Part shown: positions 21,282-22,287 of the stretch, one piece after another | How positions within the stretch are numbered: position 1 is the stretch's first letter | Layout: each line of letters starts with the position of its first letter | Source: Chiloscyllium plagiosum | Lineage: Eukaryota | Direction of reading: 5' to 3' | NCBI RefSeq assembly: GCF_004010195.1 | Contig: NC_057758.1 | Span: 2,232,029 to 2,254,315, forward strand | Length of the DNA: 22,287 nucleotides | Program-made: the position numbers and the translations under genes | The notes under the pieces: generated by a model | Database searches by the model: none | The model's input: only the letters and a program-made list of their open reading frames with translations | Told to the model about the DNA's origin: nothing

Positions 21282-22287
21282 CCTCTTACAAGGATGCCTT
21301 CCTTGAAGAAGTTCTCTTCCTCCCTCTACAAAGATTTCAGTGAGTCGCTCTCTCACTGCACCCCCCCAGGTCATCTCCTCTGCACAGAAGCTCTTCAGCC
21401 ACATTCTCAAACAGACTCGCTACCACAGCCATATCTCCTTCCTCAGCACCTGCCTATGGAACCAACTTAACCCGCACGGACTCCGGACTACGTTCCGACC
21501 AACAAAACTTGGACCCAACCAGGACAACGAGTACCTACAGCGAATCCGAAGCCTCCAGCAACATACCTCCCTCCGGATCCTCTGCTCCACGCTTGCAGCC
21601 ATGCGCCGCTACCTACATTCCCTGCAACTCGACCTACCCCAGCTCAGGACAACAGTCTCACAGACCTGCAAAGGACCTCTACTGTTCTTCATCCACAGAA
21701 GGATCCATAAACTAAACAAACAGTTCTTCCTGGCCATATCTGAAATTAAAGACAGTAAGTACCAAAAACTTTCATGTACTTACCCCCACACTCCGGATTC
21801 CTCAACTGTTCCAGAATCTTTCATCGGCCTCCAAAATCAGTCTGGCGCCATTACACACGCGGCCGCTACATCGCCCACGGCAATAGCTGCCGCCGACGAC
21901 GATGACGTCACTTCCGACCCCACCGACCTCGCAACCTCCGCGATCGCCGCCCAGGCAACCGCCACCGCGATCGCCGCCCAGACAACCGCCTCCACGATCG
22001 CCATGAAGACAATCGCCGACAGATTCGCGACCTCCGCGGCTATGGGGAATAACTCTGTCTCTGTGGTCGCCGCAGCCACTTCTGTCCCCAGTGATGTCAT
22101 TATCCTACACGCCCACAACGCCGCATGTATCTCCGCCCCGACGCCGATCTCCACGCCTAACGCCATCCCCCCGCCGAGTTCCGTCACCACGCCGAACCCC
22201 GACCCCACGCCTATATCCGTCACCACGTCTAACCACGCCCCGTCGCCTATCGCCATCACCACGCCCAACCCCCCCCCCCCCCCCAGC
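21282..22287 (+). mobile_element. Penelope-like element 5' region with N-terminal ORF, running off the window
   Basis: ATG at 21294 (MPSLKKFSSSLYKDFSESLSHCTP), one frameshift in C7 at 21361-21367, then a frame open from 21367 to the window end with HSHISFLSTCLWNQLNPHGL (H-x-x-FL-x-x-C-x4-L-x-P-x-GL, resembling PLE N-termini) and an A/T/P-rich linker. RT not in the window. Confidence 0.7.

Noticed and set aside
21837..22268. 143-aa hydrophobic A/V/G-rich minus-strand ORF
   Set aside because: Antisense of the GC-rich low-complexity linker, where stops are rare by composition.

Overview
Eukaryotic DNA, most likely from a shark or other elasmobranch (inferred from an HE1-type tRNA SINE, HER1/CR1-type LINEs and Penelope-like elements). 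It consists almost entirely of nested, decayed retroelements; I found no host gene. Contents: (i) a Gmr1-like Gypsy LTR element on the minus strand with gag-PR-IN-RT-RH order, tRNA-Pro PBS and both LTR ends (9371-16715); (ii) a class I endogenous retrovirus on the minus strand (partial pol, gamma-type env, PPT, 3' LTR); (iii) several CR1-like LINE insertions of different ages, an HE1-like SINE, and Penelope-like fragments, one with an intact minimal hammerhead ribozyme core; (iv) the 5' end of a young Penelope-like ORF at the right edge. The block 1-6902 is repeated in direct orientation at 14499-21281 (offset about 14.4-14.5 kb, about 94% identity in a 240-nt hand count), with shared insertion junctions and copy-specific later insertions. 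A 500-N scaffold gap (8871-9370) separates the copies. Most ORFs in the supplied track are pseudogene fragments or antisense shadows. No clearly new biological system is evident; the best leads are the duplicated composite unit, the ERV and the ribozyme-bearing chimeric patch.
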